From positions 40,114,001-40,178,000 of the forward strand of contig CM060732.1 in the NCBI GenBank assembly GCA_030704615.1: a stretch of DNA of 64,000 nucleotides, written 5' to 3'. Position numbers and translations under genes: made by a program. How positions within the stretch are numbered: position 1 is the first letter of the stretch; every line of letters begins with the position of its first letter. The notes under the pieces were generated by a model. It was not told where the DNA came from. It made no database searches and saw only the letters and a list, made by a program, of their open reading frames with translations. Below, in pieces: positions 36,223 through 48,359 of the stretch. This DNA comes from Takakia lepidozioides (Eukaryota; Plantae; Bryophyta).

Positions 36223-36640
36223 ATGGACCAGAACATTGAATATCGTGGAACAGCTCGTGTCGTGCTTCCATTTGTTGCACTTGGGATTGTCATGGGTTGG
36301 ATGTTACTGTTGCTTTGGAAAAAACTCTATCCTACAGTACGTGTTGAGGACGGTCCACAAGGGAGGCTCCGACTAGAGCTGAGCCGCAGGTTGTATTAGA
36401 CGTCGGTGCGCTGGAGATCAGAAGAAGTGCTGATCTGCAATCAATTATCCGGAAATCAATCCCCACTTTCTCTTACAACTCGCAAACCATGGGAGTGCCC
36501 CATCTGTTTGAAAGATTTCAAGGAGAATGAAAAAGTGCGCTCGATGCCCCATTGCAAACACCACTTCCACATCAAGTGTATTGATATGTGGCTTGGTTCT
36601 CAGTTGTCTTGCAAACCCTCTTTGTCGGGCTAGTTGTATA
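36223..36640 (+). pseudogene. ATL-type RING-H2 paralogue C, multiple frameshifts
   Basis: MDQNIE..LPFVALGIVMGWMLLLLW (TM), then ECPICLKDFKENEKVRSMPHCKHHFHIKCIDMWLGSQLSC. Upstream ~36030-36220 is homologous to ~20870-21030. Confidence 0.85.
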
Positions 36641-37399
36641 TAAGCCTACGATGGATAAGGGCTTCATATGTTTTACTCCCTAGAGCGCAGAAGCAAATTG
36701 CCTCAAAATTGCATGATCTCTAAGTTCCACATTCATACTCTTTCAGTTATGTTGTCTACTTTTAGTACTAAGTATGATTCTTGTAGCACTTGCTTTACCG
36801 GAAGGGTGCCTAATTTAAAGTTTTTACATTTTTGATTGACCGAGCTCTCATTCAACATTTGATCTTGCTTGTACTATCCTTCATGCTCGTTCTATAACTC
36901 CTCTCTGTAACTCCTGCCCCCTGTGCTCGTGAACAATCTTAATGTGTATGTCAAGCTCTTGAAAATCAAGCTTACCTCTACTAACACTATTTTAATTAAT
37001 TCTGGACTTTTGGCTTAAATCCGGACTAAACTTAATATATATTTGTATTAAAATTATTTGAAATATTAATAATATCATGGTGTAATGTGTGATTGAACTT
37101 TGTGAAATTTCAGGTGATGTCATACTTGTTTCAAAATGTGTCAAGTGCTCAATGTGAAATAGTAGTATTGAACAATTCATTGAATGTCCACTTGGAAGTC
37201 GAATAAAGTAATATTCCATTGCAGGATCATGATAAACAAATGGGTCGCATCGAATATGGGCCAAACTCGTACTCTACCATACTCGATACAACTTGCTAGT
37301 AATTTTATTGATTGAATCTTCATATGAAGCACAATGTTCACATTCCACGCCATTGGAATGAATCATGTTTTGGATGTGACAAGGGCAGTATAATATTAG

Positions 37400-38645
37400 A
37401 ATAGCATGAAACATTCGGAAGAGGTACTAGGGTAGTACAATAAGGTTTGGGGTATAACTAGAGAGAAGTGTAATAAGGTTTGGGTTTACAGTAAGGGTAA
37501 GGGTTTAGGGTTTGGATTTAGGGTACAAAAAGACAAACAAATATGATGGACTCACACTCGGTAGAATTAAGAAATGGTTGAGGAATTTGATATCCCTGTA
37601 ATCATTCTATCATACCTTATCCAACAAAAGAAAATATTAAAAGAGCATGAAACATTGAGAAGATGTAACATGGTAGTACAATAAGGTTTGGAGTGTAACT
37701 AGGGTAGTACACTAAAGTTATTGGTTTATGGTAAGATTAATGGTTTAGGGGTGATGGTAAAGGTAGGGTTTTCCGTTGGGGTTTAAGAACACTATTGGAC
37801 AAACAAATATGGAAGACTCACAATCGCTAGAACTTGGTGTGTGTTAGTAGGATAAAAAATAAAATAAAAAATAGATAAACAAATATTATGGAAGAGTCAT
37901 TGGGCTGGAGAAGTATTTAGATTGAGGATTCGTCCTTGGAACCTGGTATTAAGATACATATGGTTAAGGTATGGATACTTCATTCCCATTTGCAAGGGAA
38001 GGGTAAGGGTTTAGACGTAACAATGGCGTAGGGTTTTGTTTAGGGTTCCCGACGAGGGTTTAGGGTTTGGCTTGAAGGCAGAAATGGTGAGCATACATGC
38101 CGGAAGACTCGCACTCGCTGCAACTTAGTGTTGTTAGTAAGGTAGTACTAAGCAAAATAAAAATGAAGAACCTAATATTATGGAAGTGTAGTCATTGCAT
38201 CAGACAAGTATTTAAATGAAAAACTCGTCCTTGAAACCTGGTATTAAGATACATGATTTGAATAACCATAAATAGTTATGGTTATGGTATGGATACTTCA
38301 TTCCCAGTTGCAGGGGAAGGGTAAGGGTTTAGACGTAACAATGGCGTAGGGTTTTCCTTAGGGTTTTTGACGAGGGTTTAGGGCTTGGGTTGAAGGCAGA
38401 AATGGTGAGCATACATGCCGGAAAACTCGCACTCGCTACAACTTAGTGTGTGTTAATATGGTATAAAATGGAAATTTGGTTACATTGAAGAGATTTGGAT
38501 AACCAAAATGGTTATAATTATAGTATGGATAGTTGATTCCCATTTGCAAAGGGAAAGGAAAGGGTTCTGGGGTATTGGGTTAAGGGTAAATGTTTAGGGT
38601 TTTCTAGTAAGGGTTTAGGGTAAGGGTTTAGGGTTTTTGTTTAAG
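37400..38645 (+). repeat. Degenerate AGGGTTT-rich tandem repeat region with ~240-300-bp duplicated blocks
   Basis: Many (T)TAGGGTT motifs; 37931-38150 matches 38225-38455 and 37400-37570 matches 37640-37830. Confidence 0.75.
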
Positions 38646-38650
38646 TTACA

Positions 38651-39127
38651 TGTCGTGCGCATACATATCGCTACACAACTACATCGCTGTCCAAAACCAC
38701 ACAACACATGTGCACACCACACACTAGTATACCACTAGTCCACCGCTAGTCCAACCACTAGTCCAACCACTAGGCTACAACTAGTCAGTCATTAGGCTGC
38801 CGATAAAGAAGAAGAATACAAGCACAAGCTCACGCAAGCTCACAAAGCTGAAGCATAAACTCATGCATATATAAACTCATCACTCAAATACAAGTCAAGC
38901 CAAGTGCACCCCACGTCATGGGGAATCCACACTACGGCGCCATAGCTAGGCACGGTGAGGCTCAACTCGATAAAGATGAGCCTCCCGCGCTTGCCGTGAA
39001 GATAACCACTCCAGGGCCTAAATCTGCCTTGACCCCTGGATTGACACTTGGGCCAATCCCAAATGTCAATATATAAAAGCTAGCTATTTCCTAGCTAGTT
39101 TTACACTAGTGGTAAAATAACTTGACA
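38651..39127 (-). repeat. 3' LTR (TGTC...GACA), followed by a second partial LTR copy at 39130-~39280
   Basis: TG...CA termini; 38651-38800 is repeated almost exactly at 39130-39280. Confidence 0.7.
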
Positions 39128-39577
39128 GCTGTCGTGCGTATACATATCGCTACACAACTACATCGCTGTCCAAAACCACACAACATATGTGCACACCACA
39201 CACTAGTATACCACTAGTCCACCGCTAGTCCAACCACTAGTCCAACCACTAGGCTACAACTAGTCAGTCACTAGGCTACCACTATATTGCCCACTATGGC
39301 AATCACTAGTCCACACAATCGCCCCCCTAGCTGGTGTTTAGGTCCCTCTAAGTCCAGGTAGCCACAAGATGTGATAGTGACCATAGCCTCACTAAGTCCT
39401 CCAACACTGTCCCTACTACACTCAAACTCGATAGATCAAGAGGCCGGGTGCAAGAGTTGCCCCATCGTTAGTCGCCGTCTTGCAACCTGTGAACTTGAGC
39501 CTGGGATCTCGTATATTGACTCCTATGAGCTCGGCCTCCTATGTCATGTTAGCTGCCTCTAGTCATGTCCACTGCCA

Positions 39578-40900
39578 CTATCCTAAGCAGTGTTGACATA
39601 ACCAATCTCCATCAGGAACCCTCTCAAGAGGTGGTGTCAAGCATCCCATATGCCAACCTCTTGAGCATCGATCACACACCAGCATGGTGGCTGCCCCTTT
39701 GGCAGACCCACAGAGCATGCACCTCAAACCTGCAGGTACCACTGCCAAGTTTGGGTCAACTCTGCCATCGATATTGGGAAGGTGACATGGTGCACAATTA
39801 CGCATATGGTCTTTCCAAGTCATGCCATCCCGACCCTCCAAGATCAGGACTCTTGAGGGCAACACCTCTCGAACCCTCAGAATAACACGCCCTGCAGTGA
39901 CATCCAGGGTCGTAGGAGCAGTCTGCTGCAAATAAACATAGTCACCAGGGCTAAACCTCCGAACCCCAGGACGATATCCTCCACCACGTATAGTGGCATA
40001 CCTCAACGTATCACGGTGATGTGCAATGGCAAGGTTCTCAAAAGCCATGGCATGACTTTCTTGAACAACTCTGCACGCTGATCACATGCACGTACCCACA
40101 CGTCCGGATCGTCAAGGTTAAGGACTTGAGCAGTGTCCCTACGAATGGCAGCAGGCAAATCCGGCTCTCGGCCAAAGAGAAGGAAATTTGGTGAGAAAGA
40201 GACAAGTGATGCTTGTTTGCTGAACCTGTAGCCCATGGCTAACAAATGCACTTGAAGATCCCAATCTCCTAGGTGTCTTTTCTGTAAGCCATACTTGCGC
40301 AAACCCCTCTTCACCGTCTAAACAACTCTCTCTGCCAAGCCATCGGCCTCAAGATGATCCCGAGAAGTGGTGCGGTGGTCTATCAAGGCTTTATCACACA
40401 AAGCCTGAAACTCCCCCAAGAACTCTCTCCCTTGGTCCGTGAGTACCTCAGCTGGAGCACCGAATCGGCTAAGCACACGATCCAAGAATGCATACGCAGC
40501 ACCCTCACTAGCCTTGTCAGACAATGGAACCAACTCAATCCACTTGGAGAAGTGCTCCACCATCACCAACACATATATGTGGTGGCGCATAGTCAGTGGC
40601 AACGGTTTTGCGAAGTCAAGACTCCACCTGTAGCCCAATCCCATGATTGGTAAATGATGCAACTGTGGTGTAGGGGCGTTGAATGAAGCACGCACCCTGT
40701 CACACACCATGCACCTAGCCACGAACTGTTGCACCTCTGTATGCATACCACGCCACCAATACTGCCCCTGGAGTAAACTGTGAGTGCGTCGCACTCCACA
40801 ATGCCCCAACTCCTCATGGGCATGCCGCAACCAACCGTGCACGCTGTGTGGGGTGAGGTACAATCCTCACCCGACCATCCTCCCATACTCGGAGCAGGTG
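39578..40900 (-). pseudogene. Integrase (HHCC + DDE) with C-terminal PHD finger
   Basis: HEELGH...CMVC; WSLDFA, VLTDQGREF, GLAER. PHD CMLC...CDRC..GWHMGC...WLCQHC at 39581-39721. Stop at 40318 and a frameshift near 40030. Confidence 0.92.
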
Positions 40901-41684
40901 TATCCCCTCCCACTTGAACCTCTTGGCTCGTTGCAGGATCCGATCCCTCTCCTTGGCAGTCACAGTGGTTGCCGTGTCTCCCGTGCGGAGGTAGTCCAAC
41001 ACAGCCGAATCCTCATGTATATCTCTGGCACCACCTGGCTCATCACTAGCCTCAGGGTCCTCAGACACTCCGTCTACAGTCATCCCTGTTGTAGGTCCAA
41101 CCCGACCTCCCGATGCCAAGATACACAAAAATGCAGATGCGTGTCATCCCGACACCATCTCCTCGTCCGTCTCACCATGCCACCGAGCTCCTGTGTCATC
41201 CTGCTGGCTCGTGCATGGATTGCGACTCAATCCATCCGCATCCCGATTGACCAAACCCGGTCGATGCACAACCTGAAAGTCATACTCCTAGAGTATGAGT
41301 GGCCACCGTGCAAGCTTCCCCGTAAGCTTGTCTGACTCCATCAACCACTTGTGTGGCTGGTGATCCGTAACAAGGGTGAAGAAATTTTCGTATAGATAGC
41401 ACCTGAAGTGTGCCACGGCCCACACTGTAGCTAAGCATTCTCCCTTATATGAGCTGTACTTAGCGTCTGCAGTGTTGTTCGAGCGGCTAGCATAAGCCAC
41501 TACGAACTCTCTTCCCTCATCATCCACATATGTAAGCACCGCTCCAAGCCCCAGCATGCTCCAATCCGTATGCAGCTGAAAGGGGCGCCCCCTGATAGGT
41601 CGTCTCAGGATAGGCGCCGAAGACAACCTCACCTTGAGCTCTTGAAAAGCTCGTTCCTGCTCATCTTCCCACTGCCACTCCAGG

Positions 41685-42408
41685 TGTCGCGCACCTCACT
41701 TCGATAAGCTCCCCTTCAAGTCATAGTTACTCGCTTTGATGCGCGCGCCTGACTCCCAACCTGGCCGCCCGGGCCAACTTGGAGCTTCGGCTGCTCACCG
41801 GGACATAACGGTCCCCCTTCACTTCCCTCTCGACCCTCCACCTATTTGGGACTAGGAGAATTCCCTTTGGTAGATGGCAGTCCGGAACAGCTCCCCACTC
41901 TTTGGTCGCTTTCCGGCTCGCTCGCTTACTCACTAGTTTTTGGTCACCAACGGGCTTGCACCGTTCTCGGGGTTACTACTCCCTATATATACTTCTGTAG
42001 CTGTCCGCGGGGGTTTCACAACCAGCCATGCCATTTTATGGCGAACCACCACGAAGACCCTCGATTCCCGGTGGTGAGTCGCGGTGAGTCTTGGCCCGCT
42101 CACCACGGCCCCTATGGACCGTGATGAGTCCCAAGACTCCCCACGACTCCCACCATGAGGTCTCCGCCCCATGGTGAGTCCTATGCCACCCCCACTAAGT
42201 CCCACTAAGCTACCACCACCCCTTGTGGAGCCACCCCCACCGCAACCCGGTGTGCGGGGCTCCACCTGTGAGCGCCTCCGCTTCCCTGAGTGCCTTGGGC
42301 ACTCAAGGGTGCTTCAGCCCCCCATACCTATCGCTGCCGCTGCCCCCACCACAGGGGCAGCCCCTCATGTGTCCCGACCCCCTGCCCTTAAGGCAAAGGG
42401 CCGCGACA
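41685..42408. mobile_element. Solo LTR of a different family inserted in the RT-RNaseH connection
   Basis: Termini TGTCGCG...CGCGACA; flanks CCAGG/CCAGA (5-bp TSD with one mismatch). Removing it restores KLTKVD-LEWQWEDEQERAFQELK. Confidence 0.85.
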
Positions 42409-43759
42409 CCAGATCCACCTTGGTCAGCTTGGTTAGAGCCTTTGCAATGGCACTAAATCCCTTAACAAACCGTCTATAATAGTTTGCCAACCCCATGAAA
42501 GCTCGAACTTGGCTCACATCCGTGGGGCGTGGAATTTGTGCAATGGCCTCTACCTTAGTCTACTGTACCCCCAATCCTCCAAGATATATTATGTGACCCA
42601 GATACTTAATCTGGTTATGGAAAAACTTGCACTTCCCCGGATGCAACTTCAATCCGTGCGCTCTCAAGCGCTCCAATACCACCTGAAGGTGTCTCTCATG
42701 GTCCTCCACCATAGCACTAAAGATGATGATGTCATCTATGTAGCACCGAGCAAAGTCCACCCCTGCTAGAATCCTATCCATGACTCTCTGAAACTCTGCA
42801 GGAGCATTTTTAAGCCCAAATGGTAAGAACCGCCACTGATATAGGCAATCCTTGCCGTGCTCATTGATCCCCTAGAATGTCATCTTCTGCTTGTCCGCCT
42901 CCTTGATCGGCAACTGGTGATATCCGGATCGTAAATCCAAAGTGCTAAAGACCTTAGCATGCCCGATGGCATCAAAGATCTCCTCTGGTGTTGGCATGGC
43001 ATACTTATCGGACTTGGTCTGACGACTTACAGGCCGGTAATCACCGCACATACGTCTCTCCGTCCAATTGCCATAAACATCCTTCTTGGCTGACATCACT
43101 GTGTCTGAAGCATACTCTACACCAGAGAGCTCCACCAAACCAGCCTCCCAGAGATCTTGAGTCCTCATCTGAATCAAAGACCTCTCCATGTCACTGTATC
43201 TATAGGGTCTCCGAAAGATTGGCGTGTCAGTGGCCAACTCAATACGAATCTCTTGACCCTTCAGTGCTCCCAAGTCCTTCAAACTGAAGGCAAAGCAATT
43301 CCTGTAAGCCCTCAGGAACCGTCGTATACGTCGTTTCTCTCCTCTGGTGACAATGGGTCCAATGTCAGGCTCCCAATTGTCCTCCGTAACTGCAACCTTA
43401 AGTCCAGTGGGCTTAGAGGTAGAGGACGCGTCCAGTGGTTGCTATGTTGCAACCTCTTGAGCAGTACTCCTTGCCTGCTCAGTCAATGACAAGGCCTCAT
43501 TCTGCCCCATCATCTCATCCTCGAGGACTTCCTCAACCCGAGAAAAATCCCCAACCTCATCCATCACCGCCGCCCTGGCTGCCAACTCCCTCTGAACCTC
43601 GAGCACCTCCCACGTGTGCCATGGATGCCTGCACCCCGTGGTCCTCTTATGCTCGCCCCCACTCACTGCCTGTACCGTCTCGGTAGGCAGAGAGACCATT
43701 GAGGGAAGTGTACTCCGCACTTTGCGTTGTTCAGCCATAGCCAAGCTGATAATCCAGGT

Positions 43760-44790
43760 CAAGCAATTGAGATCCATTGCTTGCCCCAACACCTAGTGAC
43801 GTGATGCCTCAGCAAATGATATGCGAAGGGGTGACACCTGACAAAGTCACATTCCTTTGTGTTCTCAATGCATGTGCAAGCTTGACAACACGGCAAAAGG
43901 GCATAGAGGTCCACAGCGCCATCTTGAAAGCTAGGATTGTATCAGACATCATTGTGGACACTGCCGTGGTACTAGTGGTAAAACCCATTGCCCGCTCACA
44001 GGAGGCCATGTCCACTATCCCGGAAAGCATGCAATCCTGGGAAGCTGAACAGTGTAGGTAATGCTGCTCGTGGTTGACCCACCTTGTTGACCACTGCCAA
44101 AGGCGAACGGTCATCGTGTCTTACACGCTGAGACTGCCTCTATGTGTCCAAAATGCTATCCACTATGAGGTGTGCTGGCCGCTGCACCCCATCAAATGCA
44201 CGCTTGAGCAGTGCGGGTGGCATCAAGTTAGTCCACCATAGCCGTGGACGATGAGCCCGTGACCCCACTGTAGCTGCATCTAGCAACACTGCTGACCCAA
44301 GCCACGACCGGACTTGATGCACACTGGTCATCACCCCGGCCCGAGAATCGCCCATCAGTGGCATATTCTCCAAGATGTATGTTGGAGATACAGCTTGATG
44401 AAGCTGCAAGTGGCGCAAAACCCGCACCATCTTCCAAAACAGACCCGACCTCGAGTCTCGCAATCCATTGTCATGCCCGGCTGATGAATGCCCTTGGCAG
44501 GGCCAACCTGCCACTACCAGATCAATGGAGCCAACCCGCTCCAAATCCTACGCCCCCAGCAACGAAATGTTTGTTGGCAAGGCCTGCTGATATCCACGAA
44601 CTGCAGACACCGGCTCAATTCAGGGTATTGCTGCACCAACTAAGCAACATGGCAAAGTGAAACACGTCATGCAGTCTCATCCCTCTCCACATACAGGTAA
44701 CGCCGAGCTCGTACACCTGCTTGTAACACAGCAACCAATCCGGTGCTGATCCCGCCAAACAAGTCCAGAAGACAAATGCTTTCATCCGGA
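43760..44790 (-). pseudogene. Cytosine-5 DNA methyltransferase domain inside the retrotransposon pol region
   Basis: Motif I LLDLFGGI, II YVERD, IV DLVVAGWPCQG, V GLRDSRSGLF, VI YILENMP, VIII HRPRLWWTNL, IX ERAMGF, X LGQAMD. Several stops and frameshifts. Confidence 0.92.
43812..43965 (+). pseudogene. PPR (PLS-class) motif fragment inserted antisense into the DNMT domain
   Basis: QQMICEGVTPDKVTFLCVLNACASLTTRQKGIEVHSAILKARIVSDIIVDTA corresponds to the end of a P motif, an L motif and the start of an S motif. Confidence 0.88.
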
Positions 44791-46392
44791 TACTGCCACA
44801 CAATAGGTGTGGTATCCAATGGTGACAACTGAGGTGGTCCTGGTGCAATCCCTGCAGTCTCCTCCTCTCCTGATGGTACAAAAGCCTCTACCCAGGCTTG
44901 TTGCACCCGTCGATCAGCAACCCGTTGCAAATCGAGCCCCACAATGAAGTATGAGCAACCATGGCAGACAACTCCGCCATACCATGCATGTCATCCTGGT
45001 CTCCCGGAGGTGACACATCCTCTGAATGAGTGTTGCCATCCAACAACTCTCCAGGCCAAGTCATTGCAGCTGTGAATGCTGCTAGTGTCGGCATCTTGCC
45101 CCGCTGGGCAACCGCAACTCCTCCTATGAACGTCACAGGGAGCTGCACACGCCGGCCCTCCCCTGCCTGCCATCCAGGCCTATAGGAAGCTGACTCCTCC
45201 CAAAAATCCAGGGTGAAGCCCATGGGGTACAACACTGACTCACCAACCATGACATCGTACGAGACCGCGTCTGTCACAATGGCCTTGGCTCGCATCACTG
45301 AGCCATCTGTGGGGTGATCCGGCCGTAATCTAATAGCCAACTCATGTCGTGTCATGCCCCGAGCCTGCTCCAATCCTCCCAGAGATGTCTGTATCTGGAA
45401 GGACAAGGCTCCATATCCGCATCCGTGAGGCCCAAGCTTGCAATAGCAGCTCTGCCCAGCATCAATGGCTGAGCTCCCGAGTCCAATAAGACCCACAGTG
45501 GCCGGGACCTCTTGCCTACAGGTCCACTCAAACAGAAAATGTCATCCTGATTGTCTAACATGACAACTCCAGGTGTCACCATGGCGTGCTCAATGGCTGG
45601 CCTAGCTGACAGCTCCATCAACCTGGCAGCTGCAGCTTGCCATGGCGCCGCCGTGGCAGTCTTGACCCTCAAATCCGAGGATCCCTCCGGCACTACACCT
45701 CCCACTATCTCCGCAGAAGATGAAGTAACCTCCCCACTCTCACAGAGTGTAGCTGCCAGCCTAAACCCCTCAGCTGGTCTTACCCCCGGCGTCGCAATCA
45801 TGGTAGCCGAGAACAATGGAGCCTGGCACACGGATGTGGCCGCTCCCAGCAGCACACTAGCTGTCGTAGCCTTGGCAATACTAGGTAATGGTGCTGCCCG
45901 TGTAGCTCTCCCCAATGGCATAGTAACCATTGCCTCGGTAACAGTTGGGCAAGAACTAGGTGCCATGGATGGCGTCAACACTGTCTCCGCCAATGTGAAT
46001 GACTGAGGAAACTTGGCTTGACGGCTTGCTTCCCCACGCTGTGGATCTGCACCTCATGGCTCAAGAACTCGTGCTGCTCCTCGGGTCACGGCTACAGCAG
46101 GTTCCACCAGCACTAGTGGTAGTGCTACTCCGCACATGAATCCCATGCCTCCCATATCTCCTCCCTCAGGAGCAGGAGGTGGACCATCCAGCCTTGGAGC
46201 CGGTACCACCTGAGCTATAGCCATGGCAGCGAGCCTCTGCTCTAGCTGCTGAAGCCGGTTGGCCATGCCTTGGTCAACACCCTGACCTCCGCGTCCTTGG
46301 CCATGTTGAGCTTGCCCTTGGCCTACACCTCGTGTCTGGCCACCTCGTCCTCTCTGGGCTGCCCCACCTGGCCCCCGGCCACCATTGTTCCC

Positions 46393-47673
46393 TTAGAACT
46401 GGCCTGGGCGCAACTCACGATGCAAACCATAACACTGGGCCTCTCCATGCCCGTGATTGTCACTATGCCTACAATGCAACTGTGCAGGCTGTGCATGTGC
46501 CGGCCCTTTGCCTCCCTCTGGGCAATCCTTCTTGACATGGGGTCCTCCACATGTCCAACACACCACCTCCGCCCGTTGTTGGCCTACAAATGAAGGGAGA
46601 GACCCTTGCATCTGAGGTCCTTTCTGTCCTTCCCTAAGCTTCACCTGAGCCCCCTTGTTGCCTTGAGCACATTGAGGTAGTGGTTGGCTAGGAACACCAC
46701 TACCCCGTGGTGTCTCCTTAGCAAATCCTACCATGACCACTCGTTCCTCCACCATGTTGAGCTCTATCCGCTCTGCCAGCAAAAACACATTTGCTAAGGT
46801 GGGTTGGGCCGCTTGTAGGAGAGTTGCATCCCGCACCCTTCTCCTCAGCTCCTTGTCCAATATCCCATACCAGAATTGGACTGCCTGAGCTTCTGTAACC
46901 CCTTGGGTTACATTTATCAAGCGCCTCATGCGAGTGAAAGCCTCCCTCAAGCTCTCAGTAGACTTCCGTTGGAACTCTTGCAAGCTCCGTAACTTCTCTG
47001 TCCTCACCCCTTGGTAGTTCCCTCTCAACTCTTCGAAGAACTCCACAATAGGGTTGAAGGCAGGCACGGGTACTGGTGCTGGTGCGGTAGTGGCTTGGGT
47101 GGACGTCGTAGCTACTGTACCACCAGTCCCACTAGTTCCACTGCTGCTTGCTGAAGCTGCCGGTGCAGCGGCAGTTGTAGCCACTGCCCTTGTGGCTCTA
47201 GTGCCCCTAGTAATGGAGACATAGTCGGGTGACCAGTACATCCTCCACTTCTCGATCTCAACCTCATGCCCCCGCCTGAACTCATGGTAATCATCCATAG
47301 GCGGCCCCTCAAGGTGCTGAAACAACCTCTTCCATGCCATGAAAGGCGTAAATAGTTGTGGATTGCGCATTTGCTGCAAATCACACCAACTATCAAACTC
47401 TTGGATAAAATCATCCAACTCGATGGTGCCCACCGCCCCAGAGTACCTTCGTGGTCCCTTGGTAGCTCCATACATCTCCTCCATTGTGTCCCACAACAAT
47501 GGCAAGGAAACAACTTGCACCGCCGGTGTGAGTCCTCCTGATTCACAATCCGAATCAGAACCTTCCGTAGAAGACACAGGAGGTGAAGGCGGCCTAAACC
47601 GCTCACCTCGTCTCGTGTACCCACTAGTATCGCTAGTGCTCGAACCGGCACTATCCCCAACAACTAGTGGCAC
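46393..47673 (-). CDS. gag: Retrotransposon Gag
   Basis: 426-codon ORF (non-ATG start in the track) with Q.K.TESLRE...R..L retrotransposon-gag motif and CWTCGGPHVKKDC zinc knuckle. Confidence 0.85.
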   Translation of the reverse strand: MPLVVGDSAGSSTSDTSGYTRRGERFRPPSPPVSSTEGSDSDCESGGLTPAVQVVSLPLLWDTMEEMYGATKGPRRYSGAVGTIELDDFIQEFDSWCDLQQMRNPQLFTPFMAWKRLFQHLEGPPMDDYHEFRRGHEVEIEKWRMYWSPDYVSITRGTRATRAVATTAAAPAASASSSGTSGTGGTVATTSTQATTAPAPVPVPAFNPIVEFFEELRGNYQGVRTEKLRSLQEFQRKSTESLREAFTRMRRLINVTQGVTEAQAVQFWYGILDKELRRRVRDATLLQAAQPTLANVFLLAERIELNMVEERVVMVGFAKETPRGSGVPSQPLPQCAQGNKGAQVKLREGQKGPQMQGSLPSFVGQQRAEVVCWTCGGPHVKKDCPEGGKGPAHAQPAQLHCRHSDNHGHGEAQCYGLHRELRPGQF

Positions 47674-48359
47674 CTCTGTGTTGACAAACTGTCACTCAAC
47701 CGGTCATGAACATGTCCCTAACCCCCTCTCCAAAGGTAACCGGGTAGAGAATCTGTTGCGGCTTATGGTTTGGAATATTAGGTTCCTAACATAGCCTACA
47801 CCTGCACCTACATCCACCGCAAACACTCTTATGGTTGGCTAGTCATCACCTCCAACCTCACCACAGGAGAAACAATGATGGTCTGACTGGTCATCACCCC
47901 AGCCTCACCATCGACAACATGCTCTAGGACTGGCCGGTGATCAAATCCGGACCAATCACCTATAAAAACAAGCGCCCACACAAAACTAACATGGCGTACA
48001 GTGAAGCATGCAGGTATGGAGGGGATCCAAACACAAGAAATCAGAGCGACAACTCCCCCCACACCAAAAACAACTCCACGGTGTTGCTCCTGCAAGGACA
48101 CCCTAGCCCAAACCCGGACTGACTCTTGCCTCCACCTACGGAAAGGTCTTGGCTTAATGAGAGGGTGGAAAACTACGAGGAAGAGAAGCTAAAGCAATGC
48201 CTAACCCCAACATGCCCTCATCCCAACACTCTTTTTCTCATCTCTTCCCTCACTTGCATGACCATGGGAATATCATGAAGATACGCCCTCCACGAGCTTC
48301 AAAATTCGGCCTTCAAGACCACATACCAGTCCTTAGGCAGTCCACCAATGCCTCCACGA

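Noticed and set aside
37400-38645. True telomere
   Set aside because: Repeats are degenerate, interspersed with unique sequence and internal to the contig.
43760-44790. Host DRM/DNMT3/CMT gene
   Set aside because: Intronless, in canonical (non-permuted) motif order unlike DRM, lacking UBA/BAH/chromo domains, and embedded between protease and RT.
40354-47794. Numerous + strand ORFs over the retrotransposon
   Set aside because: Antisense shadows of the GC-rich gag-pol with no motifs, apart from the PPR insert.
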